A DNA stretch of 64,000 nucleotides from Podarcis vaucheri (taxonomy: Eukaryota), in assembly GCA_965113315.1 (NCBI GenBank), contig OZ220367.1; one strand, written 5' to 3'. Positions 1 to 12,200 of the stretch are shown here, piece after piece; positions within the stretch are counted from its first letter, which is position 1, and every line of letters begins with the position of its first letter. The notes below the pieces were generated by a model that was given only the letters and a program-made list of their open reading frames with translations, had not been told where the DNA came from and searched no databases. The translations under genes were made by a program, and so were the position numbers.

Positions 1-3000
1 AGCAACCTTAACTTCATGACCTTCCCAACAGTTACTGACTCCTGCTCCTTTAAAGACCAGACACAGACAGACTCCTAAAATCAATGATTTAGCTAGTCAC
101 AATTTAAAGGTTTGTTGTTTGTTTAGCTAGTCCCAATTTAATGGTTTGTAATAGCTAGTGAGGATTGGTGCCCCTTTTGACCTTCAAACCATCAAATTGG
201 TTAGGTATGAATAAGATCCCTGCCCTTATGGGAAAAATTGACTCACAAATTAAGACTGGCAAGAGGAACAAAGCACAAAGATACCTTTGCTGGGAAATGC
301 TGGAGCCACACATTCATCCACAAATTCTCCAGAAAAGCAAAGGCCAGTTCCAACTCATGGATCACTTAATAAGATTTTTTTTTTTAAAAAAAAAGCAGAT
401 GTATACTGTTTTAAGTTTAGGTGTATGTACAGGAATACAGGTTTTCATAATGTATTTTTGGGGCACGTGAAATGTAAAAGGGGGGAAATGAACAAGGTCC
501 AGCCTAAGAACAGCCATGCTGGGTTAGTTTGAAGGTCTAGCTGGGTCTGCTTCCAAGACTGGCCATCTTGGATGCTTCAGGTAAGGGATGAAGCCAAAAG
601 CTTCCTCTTTGTTGTTGGTCCCCATATATGGTATTCAGAGGTTTATTGCCGGGGGGCGGGGGGGCAGACCATTGTCAGTCCTGGGGCCACATTCCCTTCC
701 GGGCAACCTTCCAAGGGTCGCATGCCAGTAATGGGTGTGGAAAAAGGCACACGTGGGTAGAGCAATTAATGCAAATATTACTTTTCCTAGATAAGGCTAT
801 TTTCCTAACACGCACTCACACTCTCTTTCATCCATCCAGGCAGGCAAGAGGTGTTACCAGAGTTCAGGGGCTCATTCCAGCCAGGCAAAAGCATTAGGTC
901 TGCAGAGGAGAGCCAACAAGGGGTGTGGCCTGGGGAGAGTTCTGACTGTGAGATAGAGAGACTTGGAGGACAACATTATGCCCCTGGGCCTGAGGTTCCC
1001 TACTCTTTGCCTCTGACAAGCGAGGTTCCTTTTAGCCATTGTTTGCTAATAGTAATTAAAAGATGCAATGCTTTTAAAAAGCTGTATAAGGGCTGAATGA
1101 GGTGTGCGGGGAAACATTTCATTTTCAGAACGGCTCCTAACAGCTTCTAACATGGCATTTGCTGCCATTGTTGGTGCTCCCTGCTGGGTTTATATTTGCA
1201 ATGAATTATCTGCCACAGTCCCTAAATTTGGCTAATTATGGCCAGTTCAGGAACCCACCAGTCTATCTGTGAAATGCTGGGTTTTATTGTCCAGATCACA
1301 TATGTTACACAGCATAAGAACCAAATATCTGTCATTTTGCTGTCCCTTCACAGTTTTGAGGGATCCTTTTGGAGTACCTTACAGTCTCCTTAGGATTTTA
1401 CTATGCTGAATATTTTGGCGGTCATTTGCAAATCTCATACCTGCCTCCAGATAATTTGTGAACAAGTTAAATATTGCTTCTCACAATAGAAAGTCCTTCA
1501 GGGTGGCCTTCATGGCTTATTTCCCCCATTGTTTATTCCCTCTGCTTTTGATTGTTTGATCACTTGCCATTCCATAAGCAGACCTGTTCTCTTATCCCAT
1601 GACTGCTAAGTTTACTCAAGAGGTTTTGGTGGGAGACTCTCTCAGATGTTTGCTGGCAGTCCAATTATGTCAACTGGATCAGTCTAATTGATCTCCATGT
1701 TTTTGTTGGCAGTCTCACATAGTTATACAAAGACTGGTTAGGCAGTACTTCACTGTGCAGCATGTTTGCAACCTGAAGAGCCATTAGCATGGACTTTGCC
1801 AAACTGCAGAACCCAGTCAGAAATAGACACCCCAGCATATTTTTCTGTCCTTCCATCATAAACCCCTGATGCCCTCAGTAGTGATTTTTTAAAATATACC
1901 TTTCATCAAGATTAGATGTAGCCCCTGGTGGCTGGATAAACTAGGCAGAGAATGGATTCCACAGGAAAATTGTATCCTTAAGTCCTCTGTAAGACGTGTG
2001 GGGCAGAGGGAGTGAGGAATTGAGCTATTTTATCCCAAGCCTTGAGAGGGCAATGGGATTTAACAGGTCATCAAGGGAAGCCAAAGCAGATAGGAATATT
2101 CATTTGATGTCAACACTCCACCCACTTTGGCTGGAGTGGCACTCTTCATAGAATGCATGGGTACCAATATAACTGGTTGCAGCAAGGGAGCTGTTCCAGC
2201 TTCAGTCAATCATTAACTTCTCTTAAAAAAAAATAATCCTAAGTGATCTGATTCCCAGATGCAGAAGAGAGAAGTGTGTTTGGGGGGCAGGGAGGAGGAA
2301 GGCAAAGAATGGAGGCAAGAGAGATGGCAAATGGGACCAGGAAGGAGGAACTGGAAAGGGAAGGTGGATGTCTTGGGAGGGAGGAACAAGAAGTGCTGTC
2401 ACCAAGGACTCCATGGCCCATTATACAATCACACTAAACCAAACAGTGGCTTGGCACAGATGAGGGTTACTGGAAAGAAAATCGCAGCTGCTTTGCTCTT
2501 CCTGCCTTGCTGCTGCAAGCTATAGTTTGTCTTAGGGTTACATCTGAACCTCACAGTTTGTCTCAATCCAGAAAAGCCACGAGCTGTAGCCAAGGCTTGT
2601 TCTGTGGCTTACCACTCGTGGCTTGTCTGGGAGGAATAAACCAGGAGCCCGGCTCACAGGTGTGAACTGTGCCACAGAGTCCTGGATGACAGCACCTCTT
2701 GCTGCAATCTTCTCTTCCGAAATCCACATGGGTCCACAGTAAGCATTATAAAGTTTTTAAAGGCTTGGTTCAGAGCCACGTCCTCAAGTTGTGTGGGGCC
2801 ATTGTCCACTCTGGGCGTTCAAATATCATGAGTCAGGGTTTACACATTTTGACCTTTTATGTTCTTTTATGATGTGGTTTCTTTATTTTTGTGGTTGCAT
2901 TTCCCAGCTTCTCTGGCATGAGGGCTAAAAATCGCTGCCTTTGTTGCAATACCGCTAAGAATACTGAGCCATTTATTGATGTTCTGATGATTTAATCACA

Positions 3001-4306
3001 GTCATATTTTCAAAGATGGCTACAGCCTGTACTTTCTTGGAGTCAGAGGAACTGGGGTTCAAGCCTAGCAGAGAGCCATACTGAAAGCCATGCCCATCCC
3101 CCCAGTTTCTCAAGAAGAGCTGCGTGCTGAATTTTCTTAGTAGCAGTTTATTTATTTATTTTTACATTTATTTATTAATTTATATACATCAAATGACCAC
3201 AGGGTGATTTACAGTATAGAACATAATAAGCAATATATGTCAATACGTTACTAAATATCCATACAATTAAAAAAAAGTTTATATACATACCAATTATTGT
3301 GTATTATGAATTGTAGTGGAGAATATATAATAGTACATAATACTTTATGAGCAAGACATACTAAGCAGTAATGTCAAATTATGCACTATGTCTTCCCAGC
3401 AGTGAACATCACAACTCAACGGAGTTATTGCCTACTTATCTCAGGTGCAACTATAGAACAAAGCGCATATCAAAGAACAATAGCCTCTTGATAAATATGG
3501 GAGAGGAAAACCTGCTGGATATCTAAAGTGCAGAAATAGTGTACAAACGCACAGACTTTTCTGTATACAGAACTAGCTCTTAATCCCGCCTTCCCTTTCT
3601 TCTCGTTTTTCACCCTGGGATATCTTCACTTCCCTGCCTCTCTCTCAGGGGCCTTTCATCATCTATCTGATACTTTCATGGGGGTGCATACTTTGCTCTC
3701 CTAATGTTTCCCCTAAGGGAAGAAACCAAAAGGGTAGTCCTATCCCTTGAGGTCATCCTTATGGGGACCATCACTGGTAGCCTGCAGCCTGCCTGGTTAG
3801 TAGAGTCCAGTTTGCTTGCCTCTTTGCAGCAACAGCTAATGGACACTGCCTCATGCACTCAAATGCTGAAAGATTAGTATAAAATGTTAAACAGTCTTGG
3901 AAAGTATCCTCCGCTATAAGAGGCAGAGAGTAAGGTCTTTGAAGCTCACCGTGCTTTCCTCCCTGGAGGCACCCCTATGCTTTGTTGCTATTTTACACAC
4001 TCCAAAACGGAGCCCTGGGCATTGTGTATGTGTGTGTGTGTCTCCTGTGCATGCAGGCCTTGGCTCCGATTTAACTTTCTGTGGTCTGGTTGTTTGCACA
4101 TATTTATAAGGCCATTCTATCCAATGAAGAGAAAAGCTTCCTAACCCTCTCTGGTGTGAGGTCTGCACACACTGGTTTGTATTGGACATGTGGCAGAGAC
4201 TCTTTCTCCATCCCCTCTCCTGTCTCCATACCACTCCATACTGTCAATAGAGATTCCAGTTTCCAGTCAGTTAGCTTGTCCTCAGCCAGACCTGAGCCTT
4301 AGCATA

Positions 4307-4659
4307 AGGTAAAGGTAAAGGGATCCCTGACCATTAGGTCCAGTCGTGACTGACTCTGAGGTTGCGGCGCTCATCTCGCTTTATTGGCTGAGGGAGCCAG
4401 CGTACAGCTTCTGGGTCATGTGGCCAGCATGACTAAGCCGCTTCTGGTGAACCAGAGCAGCGTACGGAAATGCCGTTTACCTTCCCACCGGAGCGGTACC
4501 TATTTATCTACTTGCACTTTTGATGTGCTTTCAAACTGCTAGGTTGGCAGGAGCAGGGACCGAGCAACGGGAGCTCAGCCTGTCGCGGGGATTCAAACCG
4601 CCAACCTTCTGATCAGCAAGTCCTAGGCTCTGTGGTTTAATCCACAGCGCCACCCATGT
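4307..4659 (-). mobile_element. Sauria SINE
   Basis: (ACCTTT)n tail read as AAGGTAAAGGTAAAG; body similar to three other copies; flanked by a 51-bp duplication. Confidence 0.9.
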
Positions 4660-6217
4660 CCAGTTGCCAGTCAGTCAGCTTGTCCTTAGCCAGACCTGAG
4701 CCTTGGCATACTTCTTGCTATATTTAGATAAATATTCAGCATAAAATGGACTCTGACTTGCTTTTTGATGTTTCTGTGCTTTCCAGTGCTTTTTACATCT
4801 TGTTCTTCTTGAAAACTCCTCGCAACTTTATAATGAAAGCACCAGAACTAGTCGCTGTGTTTCCGTTGCTCAGGAAAAGTGCTGCTGTTAATCTCCACAC
4901 ACACACACACACACCCCCCCCGCTGCCCACAACTTTTGTTAATGCAGGAACTTCCCGTTCAGTAATGCTACCCTGCAGACTAATAGTTAGATCATACCCT
5001 GTTGTCATAGCCCCATAGTCTTTCGCCTCCAGCCTTCGAGGCTCAACACTGCTTATTTGTGTTTATGTAATTCTGTGAATCACATCTCAATTTACTGTCA
5101 GTGCATTTTTCTTTTTCCTGGGCTTTAAATCTGATTGTGTATAATGATGAGTCTTACCTGCTTGCATAACAAAGGGAGGCATTCAACAAAGTTTTACTCA
5201 GGGTAGACCCGTTGAAGTGAATGAACCTAACTTAGTCACATTTGTTCATTTCAGTAGGTAAAATTCAGTTGAATACCACCCAAAGTCACTACAGGTGGTT
5301 TAGACCACAGCACCACCCGCGTCCCTTCAAGCCTGCTAGTTTTACCTAAAACCTGGAGAAACTGATATTCTCAGTCCCATATGTTTACAGGCTAGAACCA
5401 GCTGCTCAGTAGTGGGAGAAGAATACATAGGTGGGCTGTTGGCCTGGGTTAGCGAGGCTCATCTTAGGTGCTTATGTTTTTACCTGCTAGATCAGAGTGG
5501 GCAGAAGGCAGATCTAGCTTTACTGGTAGATCTTTGAGTGATTTGCAGTAGATCAGCAAGTGTTTCCAACTGCCAATTGTTTTGTGGCAGCAAAAAGATC
5601 CCTTTTCTCCAAATTATATTGTTGAAATGAAACAAGCTTGGGGTAGCTTGGTGTGAATTTTTGTGCGGAAGGAACATAGGCTCAGAATTATTTAATGCTA
5701 AGCACATGTATTTTGCATTAGGCTCTGGGTGATGGATCTCAGGGTTCCACTTAAAACCAAGTAAACCTCACAAGCCTGAAGGTCTGGTCTGTTTTCTACA
5801 GCATTTTCCTCTTCAGAGCTGTTGAAGCTCAGAGGCCATGTTTGCTAAGCATACAGTATGGCACCCCTTAGTGGTAAAGTGGGGGAATTGCTTAACTTGG
5901 GCTGCAAAGGGGGAAAAAGTTTCTTTTCTATCAGCATAATGTTTATTGAGCACTATAGCACATGGCACAAAATAAAAAGAGAGAAAGAAATTTCATATGT
6001 GATGTGCATAGAGTCATTCAAATGGGTTATAGCAGGAGAGCTTTGGAGAAGGACAGCTGGAGAAAATAGGGTCTCATCCTGGTAATGTAGGCTACGGGTA
6101 GGAATTTCCAAAGAGATCTCAGTGTTGAGTGATGCACAAATGTCCAATAATGTAGGTGATGGTATATTCCCTCTTCCCCCTCCCCGCCACTGCTGACCCC
6201 TCTGTTCTTCTCCTCAG

Positions 6218-6279
6218 ATCTTCTGACTCGCCTGATCCAGCGCCAGGTTAATTTCACAGACCCAGCAGTGTATAAAGAG
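6218..6279 (+). CDS. prominin-like exon ([21 protein letters not shown])
   Basis: Pyrimidine tract + cag acceptor, GAG|gtgatt donor, phase 1-0. Confidence 0.8.
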
Positions 6280-9200
6280 GTGATTTATTTATTTTTTGTG
6301 TTGGGTCATGGAACTCAGAGGCTAGTGGGTGGCAGTTGGTGAACCTGGGCAGGGATGAAAAGGAAATGTTGGTGTGGTAGGCTCAGCAAACACCAAAAGG
6401 TTGACACTTCACCCAGAAGTCAAATGTGGTCAGTGTCCAAACAAACAAACAAACAAACAAACAAACAAACAAACAGTACAAATGAAAGCATTCTCAGTTG
6501 TTCTCTGCAAGCTTCATAAACCCAGTAAAGATTCTGATAAGGACTCAGGGATGCATGATGGCCCCTCTTTCAGGAGAGTGAAATTAAGATCAGCTGTGGC
6601 GTTGGAAGGAGAGTGCTAGGGAAGAAGTCCAGAAAAACCCTGGTTTGGAGGATCAGACTAGGCCAAGCTTGCCTAGACAGTGCCATGCCTTCCCAGTACA
6701 CTTTTGGTGCTAGCATGCGCTGTTTACATTATTCTGGAAGGCTAAGGAGGGAAGGTCTTCTGAGGTCTGAGCATCCACAGCCACATTGTTCATAGGGATT
6801 ACTGGACCTGTGATTATGTGTGACTCTGGGTGGGAACTTTTGAAGCCCGAGTGCAAGAATGCAGTGCCCTGTGCAAGCACATATATACCCTGATGACTAA
6901 CAAGAGCAGCCTGATCCTTCCCAGGAATGCAGGAGCGGGGGTAGAAGCCTGTAAGCCCTGGTATATGCTGCTAGGTCACTACCTCTAGATGAGCAAAGTG
7001 GACTCCAGAATAACAAACTTCATGTCCAGTACATGGCCAAGAAAACATTCTAATAAATCCAGATTGTTTTTGAAGAAGAACCATCAGTGGACTCCTGGGG
7101 ACCACCCTGTGCTGAGCCCTTCACCCTTTTATTTTGGGGCAGGCAGGTGTCAGCGTCTTTGAATGATCATACTAGCTGACTACTGTGTCTGTTTGTTTTC
7201 TTCTCTCCTCCCCTCCCCTTCTCTAGATGTTTGTATACCAAGCAGGCTTCCTCGTTTGCCTTGTCATTGGTCTTCTTTTCATCATCCTTGTGCCCCTGGT
7301 GGGTTTGTTCTTCTGCTGCTGCCGCTGCTGTGGGCACTGTGGCGGCTCCATGTACCAGAAGCAGACGAAAAACACCAATTGCAAGAGGCGGACGTTATTT
7401 GCATTCCTGCTAGCTGTCTCTACCATTCTCGTGTGAGTTGAGTAATATACTGAGCACCAACGAACAGGGCGGGAGTGGGTTATTGCTGTGACCAGTTCAG
7501 CAAGGAGTTTATTCCAATCTGTCTACATTGCCTGTTCAGCAGTAATGGACAGCATGGTGAGGCTGTGCTGCTCACCTGACTTCCCTCTGGCTGAGTCAGT
7601 GCAAAATACTGCAACAGAGTGGCTGAGGGATGAGGTTAAAGGTAAAGGTAAAGCGACCCCTGACCATTAGGTCCAGTCGTGACTGACTCTGGGGTTGCGG
7701 CGCTCATCTCGCTTTATTGGCCGAGGGAACCGGTGTACAGGTTCCAGGTCATGTGACCAGCATGACTAAGCCGCTTCTGGCGAACCAGAGCAGCGCACGG
7801 AAACGCCATTTACCTTCCCGCCAGAGCGGTATCTATTTATCTACTTGCACTTTGACGTGCTTTCGAACTGCTAGGTTGGCAGGAGCAGGGACTGAGCAAT
7901 GGGAGCTCACCCCATTGTGGGGATTCAAACCACCGACCTTCTGATCAGCAAGTCCTAGGCTCTGTGGTTTAACCCTCAGCACCACCCGCGCCCCTTGAGG
8001 GATGAGGTTGGTGCAGTGCAAATGCACCAGTGGAGCCAATCTGGTGCTTCTGCCAGCATGCTTGCAACATGCTGACCTTACCTCCCACCCTCCATCCTGG
8101 TAACTCAGCTGGAAGGGAGGTCAGCTGATGGAGCAGCCCCAAACTATACAGATACTGCCATTCGGACCCAATTTCAAGCAAGATGCACCTGCTTAGCTGT
8201 CTGATATGAATTGGCGTGTCTCACCTGCATGTACAATGTTTGTAGACCAGGTGGGCACTTCTCTTATGTGCTGATGTTGTACACATAGTGGCTGCAGGTC
8301 TAGTTTAAATGAGACAATTTATTTGTCTACTTGGCATCACTTTTAAGTCTGCCCACAGCCTTTTATGATGGTCTTGTGCAAAGGAATGGCTTCTTGGAGC
8401 TGAGGGAGGATGGGATGGTCCCTGCAGGGAGGCCCAACAGGAAATTGCACTGTGCATGTAAGCTACTTCTATTGTGTGGAATGAAAAGTTGAGGTTAGTA
8501 GCTCTGGCAGCAGAGACTGAGTTTCCAAACCTTTGGGGAGCTGGGAGATCAGCCACTAGAGACGTTTAGCAGTGCAGTATGATCAAAGTAGGCCTTAATT
8601 CTTGCCAGTTCTCAAGCAAGTATATCTCCTCACTGAACAACTACAGAGTTACATTGGAGTCCAGGGGAAATGATGAATAACACTATTTCCAGTCAGACTT
8701 GACCTCCAGCATCACTGTTCCTATCAATTCAGCACATGGTTCAAGTCTGAGCAGCCGGTCACTAATTAACCTTGAGGCACATGAGCATAAATGTGTGAAG
8801 GGAGACTCCCAGGAGCCTTCTGTGGCATGGCTGGCTTTTACTCTGGAGCATGCCACCACAGGCACAAGCAACTGCCAGAGCCCTTTCTGCACCATTTGTC
8901 CTTGCACTAGTTCTAAGGAGGTTCTTGCAGCCTTGAGGGAACCCAGGGTGCCTATGAAGTGCTGAATTATTTCAGTATCATAAAGTTGGAATGGATCTAA
9001 AAGTGACCTGGATTAACCTCTGACCAGGGGCAAGGGGAGTGCATCCACCAGGCACCCCCAAAATCAACCTATACATTCAAGATTACAATGTGTTGCAAGC
9101 ACAGAGTGGGCGCTACAGAGTAAATAGTCGGAGACGAATCACACAGACATGCAAGTCACATGCTGCAGTTTTACTGCTGCCTTTGCGGGGGTACCAGTAG

Positions 9201-12200
9201 GTATAGAGAAGAAGAGGAGTTTGGATTTGATATCCCGCTTTATCACTACCCGAAGGAGTCTCAAAACGGCTAACATTCGCCCCACTCTGTGGGGTGAGTG
9301 GGGCTGAGAGACTTCAGAGAAGTGTGACTAGCCCAAGGTCACCCAGCAGCTGCATGTGGAGGAGCGGAGACGCGAACCCGGTTCCCCAGATTACAACTCT
9401 ACCGCTCTTAACCACTACACCACACTGGCTCTCATTACCTGCTCACATTGCTTACACTGTATCCCACATTTGCTCCCCCAAAAATGGCACAATGTCAAAC
9501 AAGACACTTCATAAATAAGTCACAACTTTGTTGGTTATGCTTTTTGACTGGTTGCATGATATTACTAGCTTTTCCTCTTTGAGGAAAAAGAGAAGCAACT
9601 TCAGTATGAAGAGTTGTCCTCTCAACTCTGCCTGCTTCCTTCACTGCAGGGCTGGGGATATTTGTGCGTATGTCAGCAACCGTCAGATATCACAGGGAAT
9701 CAGTGGAGGCTTCGTCACTTTGAACAATACAATGGACAACCTGTTCATGTTCCTGAACTCTATCCCTAAGGTATATAGTCTATAAGCTGTATTATGTGCC
9801 TTCCCCTGCTTCCTTTCTGCAGGCAGGTGTCTTTTGTATTGTCCTCCTATCCTCCATGTGTGATCGCTTCTACTGCCCTGCCTACATAGTCAGGTGTTCT
9901 TCCTCTTCCTCTGCTTGTTTCCTACACCAGCCTCCATATGCCTTGCCCTGTTCCCCAGAAGTGCACCTCTGTATCCCTACCTCCAACCTCCAGTGATCTA
10001 CTTCTTATGAGCATCATAGCACTGTTTAGCGGCCATTATCCCACTGACATGCCCTAAATCTGCACTTTCAACACTTCAGTGGCCATGGAAAACTACTTAG
10101 CCACTATCAATTAGCAAGGGAAACTGGATCATATGATACCTGAGGAAGAATCCTGTGCCAGGAATAGAGGTCCATGGCTTTTCAAGCACAGGTACAAGGT
10201 GAATTCTGGGATCATGACAGAGCTACAGGAGTCATCTTGGTAGTTCTGGACTTCTCAGGCACTTGTTTTCCATATCTGCTTTGATAAGGATATAAAAATA
10301 TACTCGTTTAAACAGCAGCACAAACTGTTCATAGTACTGGAAGGCACAAACATGCTTTGCTGTTAACACAGAAGAATTATCAAAATGGTGCTGAGCTACA
10401 TTGTTTACCGAGGTATATTGGTTTAATGGTACCTCCCACTGAAGGCAGCTCCCACAAGAAACACAGGGACCAATATATCATGCCCTGCTAACTTCCTAGA
10501 GCTGAATAGTGAATTAAATTGTTCTTTGGGAAACCATTTGCAAAACCTACTTGTGCCTGAAATATCTTTTTAACCCATGCTTAAGCATGGGGATTGGGAG
10601 GAGCTGGTCTGGATAGAAACACCCACCATACCTGGAGGCAAAATAACTGCAGTTGTGCTCCCAGTCCACAAAATGTTGGGTTGGCTATGGCTTCAGTGTC
10701 TCTTCACCTGAAGAATTAGATGGTAGTCAATTTTGTATATTCGGTTCCTCAATTTTTTTGCAAATAGTATTTGCCTCTATGGTGGAAGATACTCATGAAC
10801 ACTTACTTCTAAGCTGTGATCCGTTATGAAGTTCCAAATATATTTTTGCAGGACAAACCTAAGTGTGTTTATGTCGAAATTAGTGCTCAAAGGGGACTGA
10901 TTTCCCAGTAAGTGTACACAGGATGGTAGTCTTTAGGGCTTATTTTGTAGACTTTCTACACAATATTTATTTATTTAGGCTATTTATATAATGCTATTTC
11001 ATAGAAAACAAACATCAATTAAATCAAACATCAATTAAGTATTGTGGAAAGATGTATTCTAATTGGCAGTGATTCAGGAGTTCAAAGAAATCTTTTCAAC
11101 TGGATTGGTGTAAAACTGGGGAGTGAGACAATGCGGACGCAATGCACTTTAGTACAATGGGCACTTTTGAGTCCTCTGTGTTTAAGCAATGCACATCATG
11201 CTGTTGTCCTTATAATTTCATATCCATGACCATAAATATATTCAGGATCTTGATCCCGCTTGCTGCCCCCTCCCCTGCAGAGCATACTGTATTTCATCAC
11301 TTTCCTGGTTCTTCACAGGAGATTAATGATATCATTGACTCCAGTTCGGTGCCACTGAAGCAAGCCAATCAGAGCCTGCAAGGTGAGTTTCTGCCACTGG
11401 CCACAATCTGTGTTGTTTAAATCTTGAGTGAGTGAGGCAAAAAAAGCAGGCCTCAAGCTTGGAAATCAACTGAAATTACCCAGTCTCATTGGTGGAGGTG
11501 TGGTCAAGGAGCAAGCCAGGAGTCAGGGTCAAATAGCAGGCCACAACTGGAGGAGAAACCAAGAGTTTGGGAGTCAGAAATGGAGGACAAACTAGCTGGC
11601 ATGAACAAAGAAAAATGAAGGATTTGGGAAAACACCACAAGAATACTTTGTTGCTGAAGCAAGGCTCAGCTGAAAGGGGTAGCGTTTTATATTTCTTCCT
11701 GCTCAGGAAGATACAGTGTCCAGCCAGGGTGATAGAGTCAGACCAGTACTGGAAGGATCTTCACTAAGAAGATGTTCACCTGAAGCTCAGTGCTCTGCCA
11801 CACAAGACAGCTGCACACAGACCCAGCATTTCCTGAGAATTAGAAGTCTGCCCCAGAAGTTCAGTGGTCATCTGCAGAATTCCTTCCTTTACTCTTGTGG
11901 CCTGCTTCATCCACACAGTCATCACTGAGTTCTGCTCCTACTTAAACTGTAGAACGTTGGTTTATACCCAAAGCATTGCCCATTATCCCTTTATCATTCA
12001 AGGAGATCTCAATGTCCATAAACCATTTTTTTTCTGCCATTTGGTATGTGACAATAGTGGGAAGCATTCTTGTTGATCCTCTTGTTCTGATGTTTTCTCT
12101 GCAGAGATTGGGCAGACTTTGGGAGACAAGATCAAGAATCAAATAGGGGGACGAGTAAACGAAGCACTGGACGATGCTGAACATCTTCTCAATGGTACTG

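Noticed and set aside
1380-1660. Possible old CR1 reverse-transcriptase remnant on the minus strand
   Set aside because: Too degenerate to delimit or support without a profile search
1-6217. Search for the prominin first coding exon (signal peptide, VQPNPFP-like motif)
   Set aside because: No convincing match by eye; candidates near 1150 and 2540 hit stops, so the exon is probably upstream of the window
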